A stretch of DNA of 64,000 nucleotides from positions 3,200,001 to 3,264,000 of the forward strand of contig OZ245046.1 of assembly GCA_965224245.1 (NCBI GenBank), written 5' to 3'. The position numbers and the translations under genes were made by a program. The notes under the pieces were generated by a model. It had not been told where the DNA came from, ran no database searches, and saw only the letters and a program-made list of their open reading frames with translations. Positions 39,544-48,132 of the stretch are shown in pieces (the stretch's first letter is position 1; the number at the start of each line of letters is the position of its first letter). Source of the DNA: Candidatus Eiseniibacteriota bacterium (GTDB lineage Bacteria > Eisenbacteria > RBG-16-71-46 > CAZAMP01).

Positions 39544-41199
39544 CTAGTTGCCGACCAGTCGGTCCACGAGGACGACGAGTGATGCGATCTGCACGACCAG
39601 CGCCGTGGCCTCGCGCGCGCGCTGCCAGGTGCTGATCTTCTCCTTCGTGGGCACGTGGATCACCGTGCCCGAGCGCACGTCGTCGTCGTCGCGCGCCTTG
39701 CGGAGCGGTCCTCCGAAGAACGGCGCCACGCGCGTGCGACCCTTGTCGGCGTCCTTGTCGTAGCCGCCGGCCAACGCCACGTAGTCGCCGACGTCTCGTC
39801 CCGGCACGTAGGCGTAGGATCCGGGCGCCCGCACCCGACCGATCACCCGCACCTCGGCGCGATCCTCGGGAATCTGGACGACGTCCCCGTCGTACAGCAT
39901 CACGTCCTCGTCGTCGTCTCGGCCCATCAGCGCGGCACGAAAGTCGCTGGCGACGAGGATGGAATCCACCGCGGTCTGCAGCTCGACGTCGTCGCGGTTC
40001 TCGAGAATGTCCGAGAGCTCCACCGACGGCGGCGTCGGCTTCTCACGCGGGCGCATGACGTGCCCCTGGTCGAGGTTCGCGCGCACGGTCACGCCGCCGG
40101 CCATCGCGACGACGGTCGACAGCGGCGTGCCCGCCGGTGAGATCGGATAGCGCCCCGGACGCTGGACGGCCCCGTAGACGAAGACCTCGGCGCCCCGGTG
40201 CCAGTCGGGGATCGGGCGGACGTAGACCCGATCCCCGTCCAGGAGGATCGGGTCGGACGCGTCGTCGCCGCCGGGCACGTACGCGAACGTTCGCTCCTCG
40301 GTCTCACGGTGCGAGACGAATCGCGAGAGCACGACACGATGGGAGTCGGCCGCCGCGGTGAACCCGCCGACGGCGCTCAGCATCTCGCTGAGTCGTTCGC
40401 CGGGCAACGGCTCGTAGTTGCCGGGATGCTGAACCTCACCGGACAGCAGGACCGACTCGGTCCGGGGTACGACCTCGATCACGGCTCCGTCGACGACGTG
40501 CGGGTTCAAGTCGAGTCGTCCGGTCAGCACGAAGCCGACGATGTCGGCCTCCACGGTGCCGGACGCGGTGTGCATGCGCACGCGGCGACCCGACGCGCCC
40601 TCGGTGAGCCCTCCGGCCATGGCCACCGCCTCGGACACGCGGGTGGTGGCGGTGGCCGGGTAGCTCCCCGGGAACATCACCGACGTCGCTCCGACCACGT
40701 GCACCTTGAACTGACGCATCCGGGCCAGAAGCACGTCGATGGTGACGTTCGAGTAGATTTCTCCCGCGCGGCCGCGGATGGTCTCCCGCGTGGACTCCAG
40801 CGTGCGGTGCGCGACGTCGACGACACCCACGTTCGGGACGAAGACGCGTCCCTCGGGATCGATCGGGATCTCCTCGAGCACCTCGGCCGCGCCCGACACC
40901 ACGAACAGCAGCACGTCTCCGGGTCCGACCCGGTACTCGTGCGGGTCCACGGGACCTTCCGGCAGCTCCACCGCGCGCTCGGCCACGGCCCGCGCCTCGG
41001 CCTCCCGGCGCCGGCGCTCGGCGCCGTCGGGATCGCGATCCCGGTCGCGATCGTCGTCGGTGGCGAACATGCGATGGCGGAGGCCGGCGTCACCTGTGGC
41101 GTTGCCGTCGGTGAGCTGCGCCGACGCCGCGCTCGCGACTGCGAGCACGCCGACGAGCGCGAGGACGAGCGCGTTCAGGCGATCCTCCGCGGATGACAT
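39544..41199 (-). CDS. SLBB-domain polysaccharide export protein (Wza/KpsD-like)
   Basis: EYRVGPGDVL, IDPEGRVFVP.VG, repeated V.V.G.V..PG.Y / AGG / L.DGD.V SLBB units. Confidence 0.9.
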   Translation of the reverse strand: MSSAEDRLNALVLALVGVLAVASAASAQLTDGNATGDAGLRHRMFATDDDRDRDRDPDGAERRRREAEARAVAERAVELPEGPVDPHEYRVGPGDVLLFVVSGAAEVLEEIPIDPEGRVFVPNVGVVDVAHRTLESTRETIRGRAGEIYSNVTIDVLLARMRQFKVHVVGATSVMFPGSYPATATTRVSEAVAMAGGLTEGASGRRVRMHTASGTVEADIVGFVLTGRLDLNPHVVDGAVIEVVPRTESVLLSGEVQHPGNYEPLPGERLSEMLSAVGGFTAAADSHRVVLSRFVSHRETEERTFAYVPGGDDASDPILLDGDRVYVRPIPDWHRGAEVFVYGAVQRPGRYPISPAGTPLSTVVAMAGGVTVRANLDQGHVMRPREKPTPPSVELSDILENRDDVELQTAVDSILVASDFRAALMGRDDDEDVMLYDGDVVQIPEDRAEVRVIGRVRAPGSYAYVPGRDVGDYVALAGGYDKDADKGRTRVAPFFGGPLRKARDDDDVRSGTVIHVPTKEKISTWQRAREATALVVQIASLVVLVDRLVGN

Positions 41200-41244
41200 C
41201 CTCGAGGCACGGCTGGTCGATTGAACCGGAAGCGAAGCGCGGCC

Positions 41245-41333
41245 ACTATAGGCAAGCCGCCACCAGGGCGTCAACCGGCCGCCAGTGGGTGATCGGACAA
41301 AGACTTGCGCACTCGCGGGGGCGTTTCTATGCT
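41245..41333. promoter_or_regulatory. Divergent sigma70-type promoter pair for wza-like and wzz-like genes
   Basis: Minus: TTGACG-N18-TATAGT (41274-41245); plus: TTGCGC-N17-TATGCT (41305-41333). Confidence 0.55.
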
Positions 41334-41425
41334 ACGCGACGTTCGTCTCCCGCCTCTCCGGCGCTCGGGACGCGGTCGCGCGTCATCATCCGCCGACGGC
41401 GTGCACACACGGGCCGAGAGTACCG

Positions 41426-42523
41426 ATGGACCCATCGACCGAATCGAAACCGTCCGGACTCGTTCGGGAGATCGCGCTCCTGGTCCGCCATCGCCGTGCG
41501 TTCGTGGCAACGGTGGCATGCCTCACCGCGGCCGCGATCGTGTACAGCCTGGTCGCCCAGAAGCGTTTCGAGGCCCACACCACCGTTCTCCCGGCCGGGG
41601 ACGAGTCCGCCGCCGGGTTCGGCGGGCTCGCCGCCCTCCTGTCGAGCGTCCCCCTCCAGGGCGCCAACCTCCCCGGCGTCTCGACGACGACCGACCTCCT
41701 CGCCGGGCTGCTCCGCAGCCGGAGGCTTCTGCAGCCGATCGTCGAGGAGTTCGATCTCGTGGCGCGCTACGACGCCGATACGATGGACGAGGCGCTGTAC
41801 ACCCTCGACGAGCAGCTCGTCACCGGCGTCGGCGACGAGGGCATCCTGCACGTCCGGTTTCGCGATCGGGATCCCGAGTTCGCCGCGACCCTCCTGAACG
41901 CGCTCATCGACGCGCTCGACGCGTACAACGTCATGGTGGCCACCACGAACGGCCGCCGGCACCGGGAGTTCCTGGAGAGCCGGGTGGCGGAGACTCTCAA
42001 CGCACTGCGCCGCTCGGAGGACGCGCTGACCGAGTACCAGAAGACGAACGCGATTCCGATCGGTCCCGAGCAGATGGCGTCCGCCGAGTCCGTGGGTGGG
42101 CTCATCGCGCGAAAGCTGACGCTGCAGATCGAGCTGGATGCGCTGTCGCAGTTCCTCAATCGAGAGAGCCCTCCGATCGTGCAGCGCCGCGCGGAGCTCG
42201 AGGCGCTGGATCGCGAGATCGGCTCGCTGCCGGCGATCGGCATCGAGGCGGTGCGGCTCTATCGCGACCTGAAGGTGCAGGAGCAGCTGTACCTGCTTCT
42301 GAGCGCGCAGCTCGAGCAGGCCCGCATCGACGAGAACCGCGACCTGCCGCGCGTGCAGGTCATCGACCGGGCCATCCCCCCCGAGCTCCGGTACTGGCCC
42401 AAGCGAAAGCTGATCGTGGTGTCGGCGTTCGCGCTGAGCCTCGCCCTCGGCGTGTTGCTGGTGCACCTGCTCGACTTCCTCGAACGCGAGAGGGAGACGT
42501 TGCGAAAACTGGTCGACTCGTAG
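41426..42523 (+). CDS. Polysaccharide co-polymerase (Wzz/Wzc-N, GNVR-type), no kinase domain
   Basis: N-terminal TM + F.A.TTVLP, L.SR.L, coiled coil, VQVIDRAIPPE..WPKRKLIV + C-terminal TM. Confidence 0.88.
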   Translation: MDPSTESKPSGLVREIALLVRHRRAFVATVACLTAAAIVYSLVAQKRFEAHTTVLPAGDESAAGFGGLAALLSSVPLQGANLPGVSTTTDLLAGLLRSRRLLQPIVEEFDLVARYDADTMDEALYTLDEQLVTGVGDEGILHVRFRDRDPEFAATLLNALIDALDAYNVMVATTNGRRHREFLESRVAETLNALRRSEDALTEYQKTNAIPIGPEQMASAESVGGLIARKLTLQIELDALSQFLNRESPPIVQRRAELEALDREIGSLPAIGIEAVRLYRDLKVQEQLYLLLSAQLEQARIDENRDLPRVQVIDRAIPPELRYWPKRKLIVVSAFALSLALGVLLVHLLDFLERERETLRKLVDS

Positions 42524-42527
42524 GCGC

Positions 42528-44096
42528 ATGAATCCCCTGAAGCGTCTCCTCCGCCACTCGTCGGTGTACGGGGCCGCGCTGATCCTCAGCAAGTCCCTGG
42601 TGCTCTTGCTGCTGCCGGTCTACTCGCGACAGCTCTCGGTGTCGGAGTACGGCATCTACAGCCTGCTCCTGACGAGCGTGGCCGTGCTCACCGGCGTGGT
42701 CAGCCTCGGCCTGGGGAGCGCCGTCGCGCGTCACGCCGTGCTCCGGAACGACGCGTCCCCCGGCAGCTTCTACGCGACGTCCCTGGCCTGGCACGCGGTC
42801 ACCGGCGTCGCCGTGCTCGCGCTCGCGTGGGTGCTGGCGCCGGCGATCGCGGCCGCGCTCGTCGGGGACCCCGCGCGCGCGGTGTGGGTGCGACTGGCCG
42901 CCGCCACGTCGATCGTGACCGTGCTCAATCTCACGCCGGGGTCGTACCTGCGGCACCGCGAGCGCTCCAGGGCGTACTCGGTCATTCGCGTGCTCCAGTT
43001 CGCCGGCCTCGGGGGCGCGAACGTCGTCGCGCTCGTCGTGTTCGACGCCGGGATCACCGCACTCCTCGCGAACGAGCTCGCGGTCGGGCTCGCGGCGTTC
43101 ATCGCGCACGCGATCGTCACCCGGGACGGGCTGCGCGACGGCGTGGTGTTCGCAACGCTGTCCCCGCTCCTCCGCTTCGGACTTCCGCTGGTCCCCGCGA
43201 CGCTGGCCATGACGGCGCTCTCCGCCATGGATCGCTACGTGCTGAACGCGCTCGGCTTTCACGAGCAGCTCGGGCTCTACGCGATGGCGTATCGATTCGG
43301 GTTCCTGCTGTATCTCCTGGTCAGCGCGATCCAGACCGCATGGCCGCCGATCATGTACGCCGCGGCGGAACGCGAGGACGCACCCGCCCGGTTCGCCGTG
43401 CTGTACACGACGCTCATCGGCGGCTTCCTGTGGATCGGCGTGGCGTTGACGGTCGTATCGCCGCCGCTGGTCGCGCTCCTGACCCCCCGCGAGTACTGGC
43501 CCGGAACGGTGGTGATCCCGCTCGTGGTCGCGGCGTACGTGCTGCACGGCATCCACGCCGTGCTGGGAAACGCGCTCTATCAGAAGAACCGGACCTGGCT
43601 CCTGGCGCTGGCGCTGGTGGCGGCCACCGGGGCGAACCTGGTGGCGAACCTGTCCTGGATCCCCCGGCACGGCATGCTCGGCGCCGCATGGGCCACGCTC
43701 CTCGCCTACGGCGTGCTGGTGGGGCTGACGTACGCGTTCGCCCAGATGGTGTTTCCGGTCCGGCTCGAGTGGTCGCGACTCTGCCGGCTCTCGATCGCGG
43801 CGGCGGCGGCGGTCGGTCTGAGCCGCGCCGTCTCGGGCGAGCTTGACGCCCTTCGAACGTGGTTCGGCGCCGCGCTCGGCATCTGCGCGTTTCCGGTCGG
43901 GGTCGTCCTGCTGCGGGTCCCGTCCGCCGAGGAGAGGGCCGCGCTGGTCAAAATCTCGTCAAAATGCCTGTCACGAGTGGGTTTGCGAAACCGGACGTCT
44001 CGCGCGAGCGTCGAAAGATCAGAGTCCACACCGGTCGGATCCTCCGCAGTCGGTCCGGGCTCCTCGGAGCTCGGTCACCAACGACGGGACGTCTGA
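42528..44096 (+). CDS. Wzx-type oligosaccharide flippase
   Basis: LLRHSSVYG..LLLPVYSR.L...EYG, LLRFGLPLVP, DRYVL, LGLYA.AYRFG, IPRHGMLGAAWAT. Confidence 0.9.
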   Translation: MNPLKRLLRHSSVYGAALILSKSLVLLLLPVYSRQLSVSEYGIYSLLLTSVAVLTGVVSLGLGSAVARHAVLRNDASPGSFYATSLAWHAVTGVAVLALAWVLAPAIAAALVGDPARAVWVRLAAATSIVTVLNLTPGSYLRHRERSRAYSVIRVLQFAGLGGANVVALVVFDAGITALLANELAVGLAAFIAHAIVTRDGLRDGVVFATLSPLLRFGLPLVPATLAMTALSAMDRYVLNALGFHEQLGLYAMAYRFGFLLYLLVSAIQTAWPPIMYAAAEREDAPARFAVLYTTLIGGFLWIGVALTVVSPPLVALLTPREYWPGTVVIPLVVAAYVLHGIHAVLGNALYQKNRTWLLALALVAATGANLVANLSWIPRHGMLGAAWATLLAYGVLVGLTYAFAQMVFPVRLEWSRLCRLSIAAAAAVGLSRAVSGELDALRTWFGAALGICAFPVGVVLLRVPSAEERAALVKISSKCLSRVGLRNRTSRASVERSESTPVGSSAVGPGSSELGHQRRDV

Positions 44097-45910
44097 TGTA
44101 CGCGATCCTCTCCTCGATAGCGCCGCACGGCCTCGTCCCGGGGACCGCCGTCATCCTGTGCGCGATGGCGATCGGCGTCGCGTCCGGGGAGCCCGTCACG
44201 ATCTGGGATCTCCGGGACGTCGACGAGCCCGGGTGCTACGAGCGTGCGTTCACGCTGAACGAGGACGCCACCGTGGCCGTTCTCGCGGTGGGCGCCGGCG
44301 TGCTGACGGCCGATCCCCGCACCGCCGGCGAGGACGAGCCCGATCCGGTCATGCACGTGTACGCGTGGATCGTCGACGACGACCGTCGCGAGGTGGCCTG
44401 GATGATGACGCCGGCCAACACGCAGCCGTTTCGCCGCGAGAGCGAGGACCGCGTCTTCGAGGGCCGGATCGATCTTCCGTCCGGCGCGTACACGGCGTAC
44501 TTCACCGCGATGGGACTTCACTTCGGCACCGCGACCCGCCTGAAGATCTTCGGCTACGACATCGGCAAGTTCCGCTCGCGTGCGGGACGGTACGTCCCGT
44601 GGGACGCGTTCGGATCTCCCGAGAGGTGGCGCTGCCGGCTCCGGATCGTGGACGCCGACTTTCCCGCGAGCGGACTCGTGCTCGGCGGCGAGCATCCGTC
44701 GGACGCCGCGATCTCGATGGTGCCTCTCGGCGATCTCGAGTATCGCGAGCAGCCGTTCGAGGTCACCGCGCCGGTCACCGTCGAGCTGTCGGGGGCCGGC
44801 GAGCTGGACTACGACGGAGAGCGGTTCGTCGACAACGCGTGGCTGGCCGACGCGACCACGCGCGAGCCCATCTGGCGTCTGACCCCGGGCGACGCCGACC
44901 CCGCCGGCGGCGCGCTGAAGAACCAGCGCTATCGCCGCCTGATCGATCTGGACCCCGGGCAGTACGTGTTGATCGCACAGACCGACGATTCGCACTCCTA
45001 TCCGATCTGGAACGAGACGCCCCCGTTCGATCCCAAGCGCTGGGGCGTCGAGCTCCAGGCCGTGGACCCGGCGGAGCGGGGTCGCATCGTGCTGCGGGAC
45101 GCGATCACGTCGCGGTCGATCGCGGTCATCGATCGGGTCGGCGATTCCCGCTACGAGCGCGTCGCCTTCGAGGTCACCCGCTCGCTGCCGGTTCGCATCG
45201 TGGGCCTCGGCGAACGGCTTCCCGGGCGGCCTTTCGTGGACTATGGCTGGATCGAGCGCGCACCCTCGAAGCGCATCGCGTGGTCGATGCGCGATCGAGA
45301 CAGCTCACCCGCGGGTGGTCACATCAAGAACCAGCGCGTCGTGGATGCCTATACGCTGGAGCCGGGCACCTACATCGTGTGCTACATCACCGACAGCAGC
45401 CACAGCTTCCCCCGCTGGAACGTGGCGGAGCCCGACGACCCCCGCGCGTGGGGCATCGCCGTCTACCCCACGGACCCGGATCTGCCCGAGGGCGTGGTTC
45501 GGCCGGTCGACGTGAGTCGGGCCGATCCCGCTCTCATCTCGCTGGCTCCGACCGGAGACGACACGCACCGAAGCCAGGTCATGGAGCTCCCCCGCACCTA
45601 CCACTTCCGCGTCGTCGCACTGGGCGAGGGCTTCCGCGGCCGGATGTACGACCGCGGCTGGATCGAGAACGCCGACACCGGACGGACGGTCTGGGACATG
45701 ACGTACGGCCGAACCCAGCACGGGGGTGGCGCGGCGAAGAACCGCTATCTCGAAGAGCTCATCGAGCTCCCGAAGGGCAAGTACCGCGTGCACTACGAGA
45801 CCGACCCCGAGCACTCGTTCGAGCACTTCAACGAGGCGGCACCCACGCATCCGGAGCTGTGGGGGATCACGCTGTATCCGGGTGACATGCCGCCCCTCTG
45901 GGGTCGCTGA
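44096..45910 (+). CDS. Secreted protein of four tandem ~130-150 aa repeats, unknown function
   Basis: ATG overlaps wzx stop (TGATG); signal peptide; repeats with GE..D..W..W..GG..KN..L..G.Y..TD..HS..N..P..P..WG. Confidence 0.8.
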   Translation: MYAILSSIAPHGLVPGTAVILCAMAIGVASGEPVTIWDLRDVDEPGCYERAFTLNEDATVAVLAVGAGVLTADPRTAGEDEPDPVMHVYAWIVDDDRREVAWMMTPANTQPFRRESEDRVFEGRIDLPSGAYTAYFTAMGLHFGTATRLKIFGYDIGKFRSRAGRYVPWDAFGSPERWRCRLRIVDADFPASGLVLGGEHPSDAAISMVPLGDLEYREQPFEVTAPVTVELSGAGELDYDGERFVDNAWLADATTREPIWRLTPGDADPAGGALKNQRYRRLIDLDPGQYVLIAQTDDSHSYPIWNETPPFDPKRWGVELQAVDPAERGRIVLRDAITSRSIAVIDRVGDSRYERVAFEVTRSLPVRIVGLGERLPGRPFVDYGWIERAPSKRIAWSMRDRDSSPAGGHIKNQRVVDAYTLEPGTYIVCYITDSSHSFPRWNVAEPDDPRAWGIAVYPTDPDLPEGVVRPVDVSRADPALISLAPTGDDTHRSQVMELPRTYHFRVVALGEGFRGRMYDRGWIENADTGRTVWDMTYGRTQHGGGAAKNRYLEELIELPKGKYRVHYETDPEHSFEHFNEAAPTHPELWGITLYPGDMPPLWGR

Positions 45911-45943
45911 TCCCGAGCGCCGGTCCACCCGGCGACGCACGTG

Positions 45944-47479
45944 TCAGTCGAAGGCGAGGCGTCGCCGGAACAGCGCGTCGGGCCCGTCGCCGAGCGTCAC
46001 CGCGACGGCGCCGTCTTCTCCGTCCTCGAAGGCGATGCCCACCTGACCGGCTCGCTCCGGAAGCTGATCGGTGAGATCTCCCCGCACGAACGCGCTGACC
46101 AGCAGTCGTCCCCGCAGCCCGAGCACGGTGTTGAGCGCATCGGCGAGCTCCGCCTCGCTGTAGAACGCCCCCAGCGTTCGATCCCGCATGAACGCCGCGA
46201 AGAACATCCGCCGGAGCGCGGTTCCGATGTCATGGCCGCCGTCCGGCGCGCGCAGGAGCTGCGTGTCGAGGAGAAAGCAGATCAGGGGCCCCTTGGCCAG
46301 GACGAGCCGGCGAACGTCGGCGTCGCCGTAGTACGTCGACGCGTCCACGGAGACCGACTCGGCCCGGTTCTCCAGCCCGTGGTATCGGCGGATCGTGTCC
46401 CCCAGATACGAGAGCACGCTCTCGGCGGGCGCGAGCCCGGTGGCGGCCAGCGCCAGCGCACCGACGTAGTCCGCCGCGCCCTCGTTGAGCCAGTACACCT
46501 CGGCGCCCAGAGGCACGACGAGCCCGTCGACACCCATCCAGCGGTGGAACAGCTCGTGCGCGAGCTTGTGATGAAACGCGTACACGTCGCTTCCGAAGAC
46601 CCGCTCGGACGGGTCGGCCAGCGCGAAGCGCTCGGGACAGCGCACGCGCAGGAAGGGCCCCGACGCGTCGACGTCGGCCGGACCGTCCTCGAACTCCACG
46701 ATCATGCAGAGCGCCTCGTCCCCCGCGGTGGAGAAGACGCTCATGTAGTAGCGTGTCAACGTGTCGAACACCCGCCCCAGGGCGTCGGCGGCCGCCGTCT
46801 CCCCGCCGGTGAACAAGCGCAGCATCGGAGACGTGAGCTCGAGGTCGTTCCGGACGTCGAAGGCACCCGCGGCGATCATGCCCACGCGGAGCCGCTTCAT
46901 GCCGTCTTCGGTGTCGAACGTCACCAGGCCGTCGTACGATTGCCACGGGGACAGCAGCTCCCAGCCCTCCGGCATCCGGAAGCGCGCCTCGAGACGGGTG
47001 AGCTCGAGGCCCTTGCGTCCGATCTCGGTTGGAAACGGCAGGACCGCGGCGATCGGGATCACCAGGTGATCGTCGGTCACGACCGGAAACGACGTGCGGT
47101 GACCGAAGGCCGCCACCAGCTCGCCGGCGAGCACCCGGAAGGAGCCGGTGACGGTCCCGTCGATGCCCGTCAGGGCGACCAGACCGTTGCCGCTCCGCGA
47201 CGGCACGAGGGGTGCTCCGTCCCGGCCGGCGAACCGCTCTCCTTCGACGAACGTGAAGTACTCGGTGGCATCCATCGGCGGATCGGCCAGGAGCAGCTCG
47301 CAGGTGTCGTATGGGTACTCGTCCATCGTGAACGAGACGTCGACGACGCCCGACGCGGGGTCGGACACGGTGATCTCGTAGCTCAGCGTGGCCGCGCCCG
47401 CGGAACCGGCCACGAGGCCGGTGGCGAGGAGCGCACACGCGCGTCGAATGGGGTCGAGGTGCGTCCCCGAGATGGTCAT
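45944..47479 (-). CDS. Secreted gluzincin metallopeptidase (M61/M1-like)
   Basis: AHELFHRW (HExxH) then WLNEGAADY; KGPLICFLLD; signal peptide ..SAGA. Confidence 0.8.
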   Translation of the reverse strand: MTISGTHLDPIRRACALLATGLVAGSAGAATLSYEITVSDPASGVVDVSFTMDEYPYDTCELLLADPPMDATEYFTFVEGERFAGRDGAPLVPSRSGNGLVALTGIDGTVTGSFRVLAGELVAAFGHRTSFPVVTDDHLVIPIAAVLPFPTEIGRKGLELTRLEARFRMPEGWELLSPWQSYDGLVTFDTEDGMKRLRVGMIAAGAFDVRNDLELTSPMLRLFTGGETAAADALGRVFDTLTRYYMSVFSTAGDEALCMIVEFEDGPADVDASGPFLRVRCPERFALADPSERVFGSDVYAFHHKLAHELFHRWMGVDGLVVPLGAEVYWLNEGAADYVGALALAATGLAPAESVLSYLGDTIRRYHGLENRAESVSVDASTYYGDADVRRLVLAKGPLICFLLDTQLLRAPDGGHDIGTALRRMFFAAFMRDRTLGAFYSEAELADALNTVLGLRGRLLVSAFVRGDLTDQLPERAGQVGIAFEDGEDGAVAVTLGDGPDALFRRRLAFD

Positions 47480-47607
47480 GCCGGCGCCTCCAGACGAAAA
47501 CACGGAATCGGGCAGCACGCGCCGCGAACGGCACGGCCGAGACGAAGCGGGGGTAGCGTGGAGGAAGTCGGAGGGCGCTTCAAGGCCATCGTCGCCCTGG
47601 CGAGCGA

Positions 47608-47982
47608 TCAGGCGGCCGTGGCCGTCCCCAGCGCGCCGCGCAGCTCGGTGTCGATACGCCCCGGGGTGACGGTCTTGGGCAGAAGACAGTGCACACCGTC
47701 CGCGAGGAGCTTCCGCAGCTCGGCGGAGTCCGGTCTCGGCGAGAGCATGATGACGGTTCCGTCGTATCCCGCCTCGCGCAATCGAGCGTAGGTCTCCGGT
47801 CCACTCCAGTCGGGCATGACCTGGTCGAGAAGAACCGCATCGGGACGCACGTCGCTCGCGATCCGACACCCCTCGACGCCGCTGCCCGCCTCGAACACGA
47901 CATACCCCATCTGCCTGAGCAGGTTCCGGATGCGGGCCCGGTAGAAGGCGAGGTCATCGATGACGAGAATCGTGCGAGACAT
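47608..47982 (-). CDS. Single-domain response regulator receiver
   Basis: ILVIDD, PDAVLLDQVMPDWSG, VIMLS, LLPK; GGAGG RBS. Confidence 0.92.
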   Translation of the reverse strand: MSRTILVIDDLAFYRARIRNLLRQMGYVVFEAGSGVEGCRIASDVRPDAVLLDQVMPDWSGPETYARLREAGYDGTVIMLSPRPDSAELRKLLADGVHCLLPKTVTPGRIDTELRGALGTATAA

Positions 47983-48132
47983 GGCGTCCTCCGTGGTGCC
48001 GTCGTGATCGCGCTACTGGAAGCTTCGGCGCGCCCCGTCCCGAACTTTCGTCGGTTGTTGAGGGCGGCGTCACGCCGCTCCGAGACCGCCGGACCTGCGG
48101 GCGTGGGGCGGCATCGAACGTCGCTCGTGCCA

